Below, in pieces: positions 31,027-41,504 of a DNA stretch of 64,000 bases. Each line of letters begins with the position of its first letter. The first letter of the stretch is position 1. Under the pieces are notes generated by a model, which did not search any database, had not been told where the DNA came from, and saw only the letters and a program-made list of their open reading frames with translations. The stretch is from an uncultured Acidobacteriota bacterium. Its GTDB lineage: Bacteria > Acidobacteriota > UBA6911. A program made the translations under genes and the position numbers. Where the stretch lies: NCBI GenBank assembly GCA_963827655.1, contig CAWHCF010000001.1:1-64000 (forward strand). The letters run 5' to 3'.

Positions 31027-31060
31027 TGTTTTCTTCGTGTCTTCGCGTCTTAGCGGTATT
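31027..31060. repeat. dispersed repeat copy, left arm around the cupin gene
   Basis: TGTTTTCTTCGTGTCTTCGCGTCTTAGCGGTATT. Confidence 0.85.
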
Positions 31061-31069
31061 GGTTCCGCC

Positions 31070-31352
31070 ATGGTATCGGTAAATCGCAAAAGGGTTGAGT
31101 CAGGATTGGACGGCGCGGGGATTCTCCTGCGATCTTTGGATAGATCCACCGGGGCGAGAGTGGATCGATTTTGTGCACGACACCGACGAGCTGGTCATGC
31201 TGCTCGAGGGCGAAGAAGAATTCGAGATGAACGGAAAGAAGTATCGACTGTCTCCGGGCGAAGAGCTTCTGATTCCCGCCGGAACTTACCATACTGCGCG
31301 CAACGTCGGAGCCGTCACCTCGAGATGGCTCTACGGATATAAGCGTAGTTAG
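31070..31352 (+). CDS. small cupin-domain protein (possible frameshift near the start)
   Basis: DPPGREWIDFVHDTDELVMLLEG...PGEELLIPAGTYHTARN. Confidence 0.85.
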
Positions 31353-31405
31353 CGCTGCGAACTAATACCACTAGGACCCAAAGACACGAAGAAACACCAA
31401 GAATC
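31348..31405. repeat. dispersed repeat copy, inverted right arm around the cupin gene
   Basis: GTTAGCGCTGCGAACTAATACCACTAGGACCCAAAGACACGAAGAAACACCAAGAATC. Confidence 0.9.
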
Positions 31406-31411
31406 AGCCTG

Positions 31412-32857
31412 TCAATGCTTCCCCCACTTCGTCTCGTGCTGAGCCTGGCGACGGAAGAGCGCGGGATTATAGAATTTCTGGTAGTACTCCAGCTCCAGAT
31501 GTGAAAACTGCAGCCAGATTCCCGGTGTGTGGAATGCATTCACGTGCGCCGGGAAGCGTCCGTACGTGTCATAGATGTAAGTGCAGATTTCCTTCGTGTA
31601 CTCGACGGCTTCTTTGGAATAGTGCTCGGCATTTCTAAGAAACTCCACCGCGTGCTTCTTTGCTCGATAGGACTGTTTGAATACGTCCACATCGCCGTAG
31701 GTTCCCTGGGCGTCATACTTCTCGGCCAGAACCTGGTCCACCGCGTCGGCCATCGACCGCACGTAGGGCGGACACAGCGCCTGGAGAACGCCGTCGATTC
31801 CGACCGGGTTGGGCTGCGTGGATGGGACCGGAGGCCACTCATGCCACTTCTTGCCGGGGGGTTGCTGCCGGAAACCAAGTCCGAACCATTCCTTCGAGGG
31901 GTCCCGCTGCAAGATATAGGGCGGAGCCACCGAGGCGTGAATCCATCCACCGAGACCCATGGCCTGCCCCACCAGCATTAGATTCTGCAGGAGGAAGAAG
32001 GCCTCGTAGTCAACCCGCATCGTGCCGCCCAGCCCAAGCGGCAGATTGATATCCGGATTCACGAACCCGCCTCGAGCCCGCTCGATGCCACCCACAGGCT
32101 GATAGGGTATTTCCTTATCGACAAAGCCCAGGTGCACGGCCGCCCACGCCGCCGCCTCGACCAGATCCCTGGGCTTGAACTTCTGCCAGTCATCGATAAA
32201 CAGCGGCCGCTCGCCATCGGGTTCCGAGAGCAGGATCAGCAGAATGTTGATGTACGCGCGTGTGCAATCCACCACGGGAAAGAAGATGGTCGTGCCTGGC
32301 CGATTGGATATCTGTTTGTTCCAGCCAATGTAGTAAGGAAAGCGCCGGGGGAATTCGAGCCGCTGGTCGGAAATCCTGTGCTTTACCGCTTCGGCTACGG
32401 TCAGCCAATCTGCCTCCGACCACTCCTTCCATTTCGGCGGCAGCTCTTTCAGGATGGACAGCGCCTGATGCCCCTTCAGGCGGTTGATCAACCAGATTCC
32501 GGAGTCGTTGATCAGAAAAAAGGACGTGGCCTGCGCGTTATCCGGGCTGCTGGCCGAACGTCCGATCACATTCACGAAAGGAGTTCCCAGCTCCTTGCTT
32601 CCGTCCGGTGTCTTCAACGGTCCGTCATGCATGGTCGCGCCGGTCAAGCCTGTCGATACTACGAGAACCGCTTCCTCGAGCGCAGTCAGCGGGGCCGGGG
32701 GGTTCTCGCTCGTGTGGCTCAGCCCGGCCGCGGTCACAGAAGTGCCTCGGCTGATTCGCCGCGTGCGTCTCTCCGCAATCGCCGACATGAGCGGATATCG
32801 GAACAGCGATGCCAGTCCCGGATGCCGGGCGCCTGTATTATTCTCTCCATTACTCAT
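31412..32857 (-). CDS. hypothetical protein with a nitroreductase-like fold
   Basis: AIAERRTRR, GRSASSPDNAQ, LQNLMLVGQAMGLGGW resemble nitroreductase motifs; GAGG RBS. Confidence 0.6.
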   Translation of the reverse strand: MSNGENNTGARHPGLASLFRYPLMSAIAERRTRRISRGTSVTAAGLSHTSENPPAPLTALEEAVLVVSTGLTGATMHDGPLKTPDGSKELGTPFVNVIGRSASSPDNAQATSFFLINDSGIWLINRLKGHQALSILKELPPKWKEWSEADWLTVAEAVKHRISDQRLEFPRRFPYYIGWNKQISNRPGTTIFFPVVDCTRAYINILLILLSEPDGERPLFIDDWQKFKPRDLVEAAAWAAVHLGFVDKEIPYQPVGGIERARGGFVNPDINLPLGLGGTMRVDYEAFFLLQNLMLVGQAMGLGGWIHASVAPPYILQRDPSKEWFGLGFRQQPPGKKWHEWPPVPSTQPNPVGIDGVLQALCPPYVRSMADAVDQVLAEKYDAQGTYGDVDVFKQSYRAKKHAVEFLRNAEHYSKEAVEYTKEICTYIYDTYGRFPAHVNAFHTPGIWLQFSHLELEYYQKFYNPALFRRQAQHETKWGKH

Positions 32858-32870
32858 GAATGACCTCAAA

Positions 32871-32920
32871 GATCCTTGGTGTTTCTTCGTGTCAAAGACC
32901 TGGTGGTACTGCTTCGCACC
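32871..32920. repeat. dispersed repeat family copy
   Basis: GATCCTTGGTGTTTCTTCGTGTC...CTGGTGGTACTGCTTCGCAC. Confidence 0.8.
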
Positions 32921-32924
32921 AGGT

Positions 32925-35900
32925 TCAGTTATGTTGATCCAATTCTGCCATCACTTCGGGGTAGACGTCGCGCGACGCATTCTTCCCGATGAAGCAGTCC
33001 ATGTGGGCATAGTTGGGAAACACAATCCGCGTGTAAAAACGCGGGCCGTTTTTCTCGCACAACAACTTGAAGGTCCGTTCCGTTCCCTCCGGCAGGAAGA
33101 GTCCATTCTCCGCCCCGTGGATAAAACTTATCGGTATGGCCAGCCGGCCGATATTGGGCAGGTATACGTCGTTGCCCTTCTTATCCACAATCTTTCCCTC
33201 TCGGATCATCCGGGCTATGTGGTTGAAGGTCGTCAGATTGGCAACGCCGAACATCTCGTGCATGGCCTTGTGAGTCGCATCATTCAGCTGGTCGTGCTTG
33301 TACACCTCGCCATAGATCAGCTGGATGCGCCGGCAGACGGGACTGGTACACCTTTGGGCCTTGGGATTGAGCTTCAAGACCGCGTCCGCCAGCTTGTCCT
33401 TCCAGTTCCTGGCATCGAAACTGGTCGTCATCGTCTCCACGCCGAGAATCGTCAGAAATGATCCCAGGTCCAGCCCCGCCTTGATCCGGTTCAAAGGAGG
33501 AGAAACCGGAAAGAACGCGAGCTGCGAGCAAACCGCCGAGCGAACTCCCTGAAGTCCGGCCATCATGGCCATCAGGAAGGACATCGAACCGATGCAGTGC
33601 ACCATGGCCTGGACGCTTTCCGCCCCGGTCACTTCACGCACGCGCGCTACCGCCGCCGGGTAATCTTTGGTGGCGATGTCGTCAACCGCAAATTGAGTCA
33701 ACGACGAAGCCAGTTCAGGACTGGCCCGGTAATCGAACAACCAGACGTCGTATCCATTGGCAAACAGGTACTCGGGAAAATTGACGTCCACCGTGTCGAT
33801 GGTATAGGCGAGCGTGGAGGTTCCAAAGCCTGGCGAGAGAATAACCGGCCCCTTCTTTCCGCCCTGGTAGCGCGTCAGCCGAAGCAGCACTCCGTCGCTG
33901 GTTTTAAAAAAGTGCAGCTCCGGCGCGCTCAGTCGCAACGGACGCTTCTTCCGCACGGGAGCATCGACGCTGAATTCATTGGTCCGGGCGAAGACCCCCC
34001 CGTAGACATCGAACAACGCGCCGGCAAAGAAAAAACCAAACCGGAGCATCCCTTCCAGGCGCTCCTTCATATCTTTCGCGTTCGTGACCTCCATGGTTGT
34101 CATCTGGCGCATGAAGTCGTCCGGCCTGATTTTCAGAATTCCCTTGCCGAGAACCGGGCTGTCTTTGGTTTCCCCCTCGTGGACCGTGATAAAGAGCGTG
34201 GTCGTGTCGTCCCAGGTATCGAGTCCGCCGTCGCTCTTGACGTTCTTGAAACCATAGAAGAAGTAAGTCTTCCCTTCCTCGGAAGTCATCTTCATGGAGT
34301 ACCGCATCTGCCGCGTATTGATCTGATCGGGATCGGCCGCCAGCAGGCTGAAGTGCCCGTCGCTGACCGTCAGCGGCCGCGGAGAGAGAGCAGGGGCGTA
34401 CGCCGTCCCGACCATCCGAGCCTTGTGCTGAGGATCAGTGAGCATGAGTTCCAGATCGTTGGAAGTCACAGTCAGGGTAAATTCGAATGGAGAGTTGTCT
34501 TTCTTTCCCTGGTCTCTCCCCTTCTGGAAATCGTCCTTGACCCGGGTGGAAAAATGACCTCTCATTGTTTCAGTGAATCGCAATCCTGTCCGCAAGGAAG
34601 GGGCCGGGACTGGCCGGCTGCGACGGAAGCTGGTAGTTGATCTGCCAGCCGCGATCCTGAGCCAGGAGCGCGACGCAACGCTCGGCGACAGCGGATATGG
34701 TGAGCAACGGGTTGACACCAAGTGGGCGCGGAATCACCGACCCGTCTGCCACGTACAGGTTGTCGTAAACCTCCGTGCCCTGATTTTTTGAGAATACCTG
34801 CCCCTTGTGATTTACCACGCCCCGCCCCGCATCCGCCGCCATGACGCAGCCACCCAATGGGTGCACCGTGGTCAGACTGTGCTTGGTATGTTCACTCCAG
34901 AGCGGATTCTTGAGATAGATACCACCGAGCGGGCGAGTGCTTTGCTCCAGCCGTTGGCTCACCGTCGTGAAGATGGACTGCTGGCCAACCCCGGGCCATT
35001 CGATTCGCAAACGGTCATCTTTCAAAACCATGCGTCCGGCGCCGTCGTCGTGGGTCATCACGAGATAGGTTTGGGTATTTCGTACCGCGCCGAAATACGG
35101 ACCGCAGGCCAGACTCTCCAGTTCCTGCTTTCTCTCACGCACGAAATCAGGGGCATTGATATCCGTGTCAGAGCCGTGAACGGGAACCGTAGCGGCGAAT
35201 GTTGCGGGAAGAAACGACGACACACCGCCGGGGGTTGAGCCCTCCTCGATCACCATTCCGTCCTCGAGACGAGGCTGATTGCGCAGATCGATTATTCCGG
35301 TGATACAGGGTCCGACGGGTTCCCTGCCCTCCACGGGCCTCGAGCCGAAGCCCACGCCATTGATGGTCTCGTTGCTGTTGTAGCTGAAGGCCAGCACGTC
35401 TCCATTGCCGGTAAAGTTGTGCCCGACGCGATCGGAGACCGGCAAGCCGGCGGCTTTCGATCGAAGCAGGATTTCCGTGGAGCCCAGGGTTCCCGCCGCC
35501 AGGACCACCAGGTCGGCGCTCAGGAAGAGAGTGGGGGAATCCCACTTCTCGCGCCCTGAATCGAGCAGCTGATAGTGGATCAGCCAGCGGCCATCCTTTC
35601 GCTCGAGGCGGCGGACTCCGACCTGAGTGTATATCTCGGCGCCATGATTGCGCGCGTCCGGCAGGTAATTCATGATCACGGTGTTCTTGGCCCCGTGATT
35701 GCAGCCGGTAACGCAGTCTCCACAAAGCGTACATGCGTGTTGCTGCACTCCGACATGGTTGACCCCATCCTTGAAGGTCACGTTGACGGGAGGGCGGTAG
35801 AAAGTGCCGTTCAAGAACAAAGCCGATTTTTCCAGGGCTTGTAACTTGGGCAAAGGAGGTTGATCGGCCGGATAGGGCGTTGGTTTAAGCATCTCTTCGG

Positions 35901-36318
35901 CGCGTCGATACCCTTGATCGAGCCCGGTGGCCAGATCATTGCGGATTTCCTGCGGCCAGCGTGCATCTTCGAAGACGCGCGGTTCGGCGCGCAAGGACAC
36001 GTTTGCGTTAAGCAGCGACGTGCCCCCCAGCCCGCAACCGACAAAAACATTGATATTGTCGTTGACGTGAAAGTCGTAAAGTCCGGTGCGCAAGCCGATG
36101 TGTTTATCGGGCAGGTCTGCCTGAAATTCGCGCAACACTTCGGGTTCGGTATCCGGGTATTCTCCGGGCTGAAACTCTTTTCCGCGTTCGAGCACGCAAA
36201 CCAGCTGGCCGCTTCGTGCCAGCCGGGACGCAGCGATGCCTCCGCCGTAACCCGAACCGATCACGACGACAGGGTAGTGACTCTTGAGGTTCTCAATGGG
36301 TGATGAGAGACGAGCCAT
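32925..36318 (-). CDS. GMC oxidoreductase (cholesterol oxidase-like) fused to an alpha/beta hydrolase; frameshift ~34580-34610
   Basis: VIGSGYGG, GCGLGGTSLLNANV, CTLCGDCVTGC, TVHPLGGC, GVNPLLTI; then FTETMRG, YDVWLFDYR, HCIGS, YAHMD. Confidence 0.85.
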
Positions 36319-36410
36319 CGGCGGCCTCCTCTGAGGATGAATGAAACCCGCGGCGGGGGATGGGATCCGCAGTCCAAGAATCGATTGGGCCCTTGAGGGT
36401 ACGACCTTTT

Positions 36411-36431
36411 CATTTGCAGTTCAAATAAAAT
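36411..36431 (+). repeat. 21-bp direct repeat, copy 1
   Basis: CATTTGCAGTTCAAATAAAAT identical to 38949-38969. Confidence 0.9.
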
Positions 36432-37041
36432 TGGTTGCCGTTTTTGCGTCGCATTTCCCAAAGTGAAACATCCACAAGGCTCCAGGCCAAGCACGTTGCG
36501 CGAGCATGCCTGATGAATTTCGGCGGAAAACGAAGCGTGACTAGAAGCGGGGATATCAGTCGATCAGGCGATCGTCTCAGAGGTCGAGGAATGCCAACAG
36601 AATAAAGAGATGGAAGTAGGCTACGCACCGAGTGCCATCCTGTCAGAGAGGACAAGTGACTACGTATCAGGGCCGGCGCAAACGTTGCGCGCAGCGGCCA
36701 AATTATTTGCTCGACTATCGAGACGCCGTTTTAAGCGGCAGCGACATGTGAGGATCCCTCCTATACGGCAGCTGCGCGCCCTCCTCGTCTACGACGTCCG
36801 TGCTCACCGTCGGCATCTGCGCTATGGCCGTGGCGTCTGATCTCGCTGGGTACAGCACGGAGCGTATCCTGGCGCTCGCGGTTCAATGCAGCCGCGCGCA
36901 TCGCGCAGTCCCAAATCTCCGCGCACGCCGCCAGCAGCCGGCGGAAACCTGTGGCGATTTATCCATCGGCTGCATTAAACAGTGATGGTGGCGGGGAGTT
37001 ACTGGTTCATTCAGTCGGTCTTTTCAGCGTGAGGTGAATTG

Positions 37042-38007
37042 ATGAAAACACTTTATGATCCGATAGAGCCGTACCAGCAAGGAATGCTGAAGGTGTCTGA
37101 AATCCATGACATTTATTACGAGCAGTGCGGGAATCCTGATGGCCAGCCCGTTGTCTTTCTCCACGGTGGCCCTGGCGGCGGAATAATCGCGGACTATCGC
37201 CGCTTCTTCGACCCGGAGGCTTATCGAATTGTGTTGTTCGATCAGCGAGGGGCAGGCAAAAGCACTCCGCATGCTTCTCTGGAAGAAAACACAACCTGGC
37301 ATCTGGCTTCGGACATTGAGCGTTTGCGCCAGCATCTGGGCATTGAAAAGTGGATGGTCTTTGGCGGTTCGTGGGGCAGCACCCTCGCCCTGGCTTACGC
37401 ACAGACCTACCCTGCTTGTGTTGGCTCGCTCGTGCTGCGCGGCATATTCCTGTGTCGCCCGAAGGAGATTGACTGGTTTTATCAGGAAGGCGCGAGCGCA
37501 ATCTTCCCGGACGTGTGGGAGCAATACCAGAGCGTCATCCCTGAATCCGAGCGCGGCAATATGCTTGAAGCCTACTATCGCCGGCTGACGAGCGACGATG
37601 AGTCAGTTCGGCTGGAAGCTGCGCGAGCGTGGAGCATATGGGAAGGCAGCACATCGAAGCTGATCCCCGATCAGAAGCTGATTGATGATTTCAGCGAGCC
37701 GCACAAGGCGCTTTCGCTGGCGCGCATCGAAGCGCATTACTTCATAAACAATACGTTTTTCGAGACGGACAATTATCTGCTCGAAAATGTCGGCAAGATT
37801 CGCCACATCCCTGCCGTGATTGTTCAAGGCAGATACGACGTGGTCTGTCCGATGATGAGCGCCTGGGCGCTACATCGAGCGTGGCCTGAAGCAGAGTTTA
37901 TCGTCGTGGGCGATGCGGGCCATTCAGTCAGCGAGCCGGGCATTACCAGCGCGCTGGTCGATGCGACTGATCGCTTTAGAACTCAGGCGGAAGGTCAACC
38001 TGAATGA
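37042..38007 (+). CDS. pip: proline iminopeptidase
   Basis: FLHGGPGGG, FDQRGAGKS, NTTWHL, FGGSWGSTL, LVLRGIF, QGRYDVVCP, AGHS. Confidence 0.95.
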   Translation: MKTLYDPIEPYQQGMLKVSEIHDIYYEQCGNPDGQPVVFLHGGPGGGIIADYRRFFDPEAYRIVLFDQRGAGKSTPHASLEENTTWHLASDIERLRQHLGIEKWMVFGGSWGSTLALAYAQTYPACVGSLVLRGIFLCRPKEIDWFYQEGASAIFPDVWEQYQSVIPESERGNMLEAYYRRLTSDDESVRLEAARAWSIWEGSTSKLIPDQKLIDDFSEPHKALSLARIEAHYFINNTFFETDNYLLENVGKIRHIPAVIVQGRYDVVCPMMSAWALHRAWPEAEFIVVGDAGHSVSEPGITSALVDATDRFRTQAEGQPE

Positions 38008-38241
38008 ACACGGTGCCGTCAGACGTAATTCGTGACTCTCGGTGGATCAGGGGGTTGCCGCCATTACCAGAGCGGGAGGACCCGCCGGCATTGTCCGGAA
38101 CGACAACCCGATGCATGAGATCCGCAGCCGCAAATCTTTTCAATCCGGCACGCCGGAATGGGATGCCGCCCGCGCATCCGGTACGATCAGATTGCGATCG
38201 GTCGCGACGTGGAAATCCCGGTGAAACGGAATCACGTGCTT

Positions 38242-38684
38242 CTAGGGTTTGGGCGGCGTCAGGCGGGTCGTGTGGCGCGCTACCATTCGCCATTGCCCTC
38301 CGTCCTTGGCCCACACCTGGAGCATGATCAGAGGAGTCTCGGTGGACTGGCCGTCGACCACGTTGTGGGCCACAAGTTCTGTCCGAACGTAGGCCGCTCT
38401 GCCGTAAACTCGCACGATCTGGTTAGGTCCGTGGCGGAAGTCCGGCCTGCTCTTGACGAGCGCAGCGATGCATTCCTTCTTGTTCTCGCTCTTGCCGGAC
38501 GAGTGGCTGTAAACAGGTCTTCTGAGAGGAGTTCCCCGAGCTTCGCGGCGTCTCCCGCTTTGGCCGCCTGGTTGAATGCCGCAACGGCGGCCGCTACGGC
38601 CTTCTCCTCGGCCGGGTTATGGTCCGAGGCCCACGCCGGAGATGCAAGTAGCAAGCTGAGTGAGACGAGCAGTAGGTTTTTCAT
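38242..38684 (-). CDS. secreted NTF2-like / DUF4440 protein (frameshift ~38510)
   Basis: Signal peptide; LLSEDL then shifted frame YSHSSGK...VRVYG...LQVWAKDGGQWRMVARH, stop at 38242. Confidence 0.8.
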
Positions 38685-38948
38685 ATGCTCGATACAATAA
38701 CACTACCGTAAGGCCCGCCGCAACGATCACGCCACTCCTCCCGCTTCCGCCCGGGGTTGCGCCGCGAACCTGGTGAACCCCATGTTTCGCTGGTAGAAAG
38801 AAACAGTCCGCCCGAGGCTCACGCGAATCAGTCTGTTTCTTCCCGGAGCTTCACACATGTCACAAGGTCCGGCACTGGTAACGGCGGCGGCAAGTGGATG
38901 AGGGACAAGACACCAGGAAACTTTTTCATCGCCAACCTTGCTCGCGCA

Positions 38949-38969
38949 CATTTGCAGTTCAAATAAAAT
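38949..38969 (+). repeat. 21-bp direct repeat, copy 2
   Basis: CATTTGCAGTTCAAATAAAAT. Confidence 0.9.
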
Positions 38970-39042
38970 GGCTTGGTCGTATTATCACCTAAAGCGTAAA
39001 GACGACGAAGAAACTACGGGACGTCCAAGAAAGGAATCCACC

Positions 39043-40512
39043 ATGATCAAACCGTCGTTCATCCAGAGGATCAAGCGATGCCTGGCGGTGACAACCCTCC
39101 TGGGCTCGGCCGCTCTCGCATCCGGTTTAAAGACTGCCGTTGCCCAGGCGCAAGCCGGCCAGTTCCGCGCCGGAGCGGCGACCAGCAACATCACCCCGTT
39201 TCTGGGCGCGCCCATCGTGGGCGGCTGGGATTCGCCGCCTGCCACCCAGATTCACGACGAGCTGCACGCGCGCTGCCTGGTGCTCGACGACGGCCGAACC
39301 CGCGTGGCTATCGTGGTCTGCGACAGCGTCGGGATCGCGCGCCAGGTCTTCGACCAGGCGAAGCGGCTGGTGCACGAGCAAACGGGACTGCCGCCGGAGA
39401 ACATGCTCATGGCGGCCACCCACACACACTCCGGCCCCAGCGCCCGCGGCGCCAATGCATTCGCCTTCGACGCCCCGCTTGACGAATACCAGCGCTTCCT
39501 TGCGCAGCGCATCGCCGACGGGGTGCGCCGCGCCCTGCGCAACCTCGAGCCGGCGCGGGTCGGCTGGGGCGCCGGCCGCCTGGCCGACCAGGTTTTCAAC
39601 CGCCGCTGGAAGATGAAACCCGGCACTCCGCTGCCCAACCCGTTCGGCGGCCAGGACCGCGTGCTGATGAATCCCGGGATCGCCAACCCGAACCTTCTCG
39701 AACCCGCCGGCCCGACGGATCCCGAAATCCGATTCATCTCGATTCAATCGGCGAGCGGGCGCCCTATCGCTCTGCTTGCCAACTACTCCCTGCACTACGT
39801 CGGGGGAACAGGCGGCGCCCAGATCTCCGCCGACTACTTCGCGATGTTCGCCGACCGCATTCAGCAACTCCTTGGCGCCGACCGGCTCGAGCCGCCGTTT
39901 GTCGGCATCATGTCGAACGGCACCAGCGGCGACGTCAACAACATCAACGTACGCGGGCCGCGCGAGAGTCTTCCCCCTTACCAAAAAATGCGCCAGGTCG
40001 CCAACCTCGCCGCCGACGAAGTATTCAAGGCTTACCAGGGGGTCAAACATAACGATTCCGCGCAGCTCGGCGTTCGCCAGCGCGAGATTCAGCTCCAGGT
40101 GCGGAAACCGTCGCCCGAACAGATCGCGCGGGCGCGGGAAATTCTGGCGCGTCCCGCCGAGGCCAAACCGGCGCATGTGCGCGAAGTCGAGTACGCGCGC
40201 CGGACTCTTTCCCTGAGCGAATGGCCGTCGCAGGTGCCGGTAGTTCTTCAGGCTCTGCGCGTGGGCGAGGTCGGAATTGCGGCGATTCCGTTCGAAGTGT
40301 TCGCCGAGACCGGACTGGAGCTCAAGCAGAAAAGCCCGCTCAAACCAGCGTTTACGATCGAGCTGGCCAATGGCTGGTACGGGTACCTGCCGACCCCGGA
40401 ACAACACGAGCTCGGCGGTTACGAGACCTGGCTGGGAACCAACCGGGTCGAGGTCGAGGCGTCGCGCAAGATCGTCGCTGCGCTGCTCGAGCTGTTTGCC
40501 CAATTGAAATAA
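39043..40512 (+). CDS. neutral/alkaline ceramidase-like amidohydrolase
   Basis: HDELHARCLVL, ATHTHSGP, FNRR, ANYSLH, GTSGDVN, PFEVF, GYLP, GGYE. Confidence 0.85.
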   Translation: MIKPSFIQRIKRCLAVTTLLGSAALASGLKTAVAQAQAGQFRAGAATSNITPFLGAPIVGGWDSPPATQIHDELHARCLVLDDGRTRVAIVVCDSVGIARQVFDQAKRLVHEQTGLPPENMLMAATHTHSGPSARGANAFAFDAPLDEYQRFLAQRIADGVRRALRNLEPARVGWGAGRLADQVFNRRWKMKPGTPLPNPFGGQDRVLMNPGIANPNLLEPAGPTDPEIRFISIQSASGRPIALLANYSLHYVGGTGGAQISADYFAMFADRIQQLLGADRLEPPFVGIMSNGTSGDVNNINVRGPRESLPPYQKMRQVANLAADEVFKAYQGVKHNDSAQLGVRQREIQLQVRKPSPEQIARAREILARPAEAKPAHVREVEYARRTLSLSEWPSQVPVVLQALRVGEVGIAAIPFEVFAETGLELKQKSPLKPAFTIELANGWYGYLPTPEQHELGGYETWLGTNRVEVEASRKIVAALLELFAQLK

Positions 40513-40600
40513 GAGACTCGGCTTTACCGCGAGGACGCAAAGGCGCTAAGATGCGTGCTTGGTCCTTGGAGCCTTCTTGTCTTCCCGGTCAGAGCGGCCA

Positions 40601-41401
40601 ATGATTGGTATCCGCATACTTCTTCTAATGATAGCCTTGTCTTTCCTTGCCCTGCCCGCTCACACCCGCAAACGCGAAACGGGATTCCTGAACCGCACAG
40701 TCACGTCCGTCAAGCAGGAATACCGCTATCAGGTTTACGTGCCCTGGAACTGGGTGAAGAGCAAAAAGTGGCCGGTAATTCTGTTTCTGCACGGGGCCGG
40801 AGAACGAGGTGATGACGGCTTGATCCAGACCCAGGTCGGCATCGGCGCCGCGATCAGACGTTTTCCTGATCGATTTCCTTCCGTTGTGGTTATGCCGCAG
40901 TGCCGAAGGAATAGCTGGTGGACTCACCCGGAGATGGAAGCAATGGCTTTGAAGGCCCTGGATGAAACGATCAAAGAGTTCAATGGAGATCCTGAGCGGC
41001 TCTACCTCACCGGACTTTCGATGGGTGGTTATGGGACGTGGAGCATCGGTTCAAAGTTTCCGGCCAAGTTCGCCGCTCTGGCGCCAATTTGCGGCGGCGT
41101 GCGTCCTCCTTCCAGGTTGCCGCCGCAAACGGCAAGTCAGTTTTCAGATCCAGGCGCGGATGCCTACAAGATTGTGGCTCACAAGATAGGCAAAACACCC
41201 GTCTGGATCTTTCACGGAGGCGCCGATCAGGTGGTACCCGTGGCCGAATCTCGCCTCATGAGTGAAGCTTTGAAGGAAGCGGGCGGCAACGTCAAATACA
41301 GCGAGTATGAAGGCGTAGGGCACAATTCGTGGGACAGGACATATGCAGAGCCCGACTTCATGCCCTGGCTCATGTCCCACCGTCGAATGTCTTCACATTA
41401 A
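40601..41401 (+). CDS. secreted phospholipase/carboxylesterase-type alpha/beta hydrolase
   Basis: LFLHGAGERG, YLTGLSMGGYG, WIFHGGAD, GHNSW. Confidence 0.9.
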   Translation: MIGIRILLLMIALSFLALPAHTRKRETGFLNRTVTSVKQEYRYQVYVPWNWVKSKKWPVILFLHGAGERGDDGLIQTQVGIGAAIRRFPDRFPSVVVMPQCRRNSWWTHPEMEAMALKALDETIKEFNGDPERLYLTGLSMGGYGTWSIGSKFPAKFAALAPICGGVRPPSRLPPQTASQFSDPGADAYKIVAHKIGKTPVWIFHGGADQVVPVAESRLMSEALKEAGGNVKYSEYEGVGHNSWDRTYAEPDFMPWLMSHRRMSSH

Positions 41402-41504
41402 CTTATTCCAGGTATCTCACCGCGAAGACACCGGGCGGCAAAGCAGCCGTAATTTCCATACCTTTCCTCACGTCTTCGAGTTGAGCGATCTGGCAGGGAA
41501 CCCT

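Noticed and set aside
38727-38951. Short minus-strand ORF ending FTRFAAQPRAEAGGVA as another orphan gene end
   Set aside because: No matching parent gene in the window and no recognisable motif; cannot be supported without a database search.
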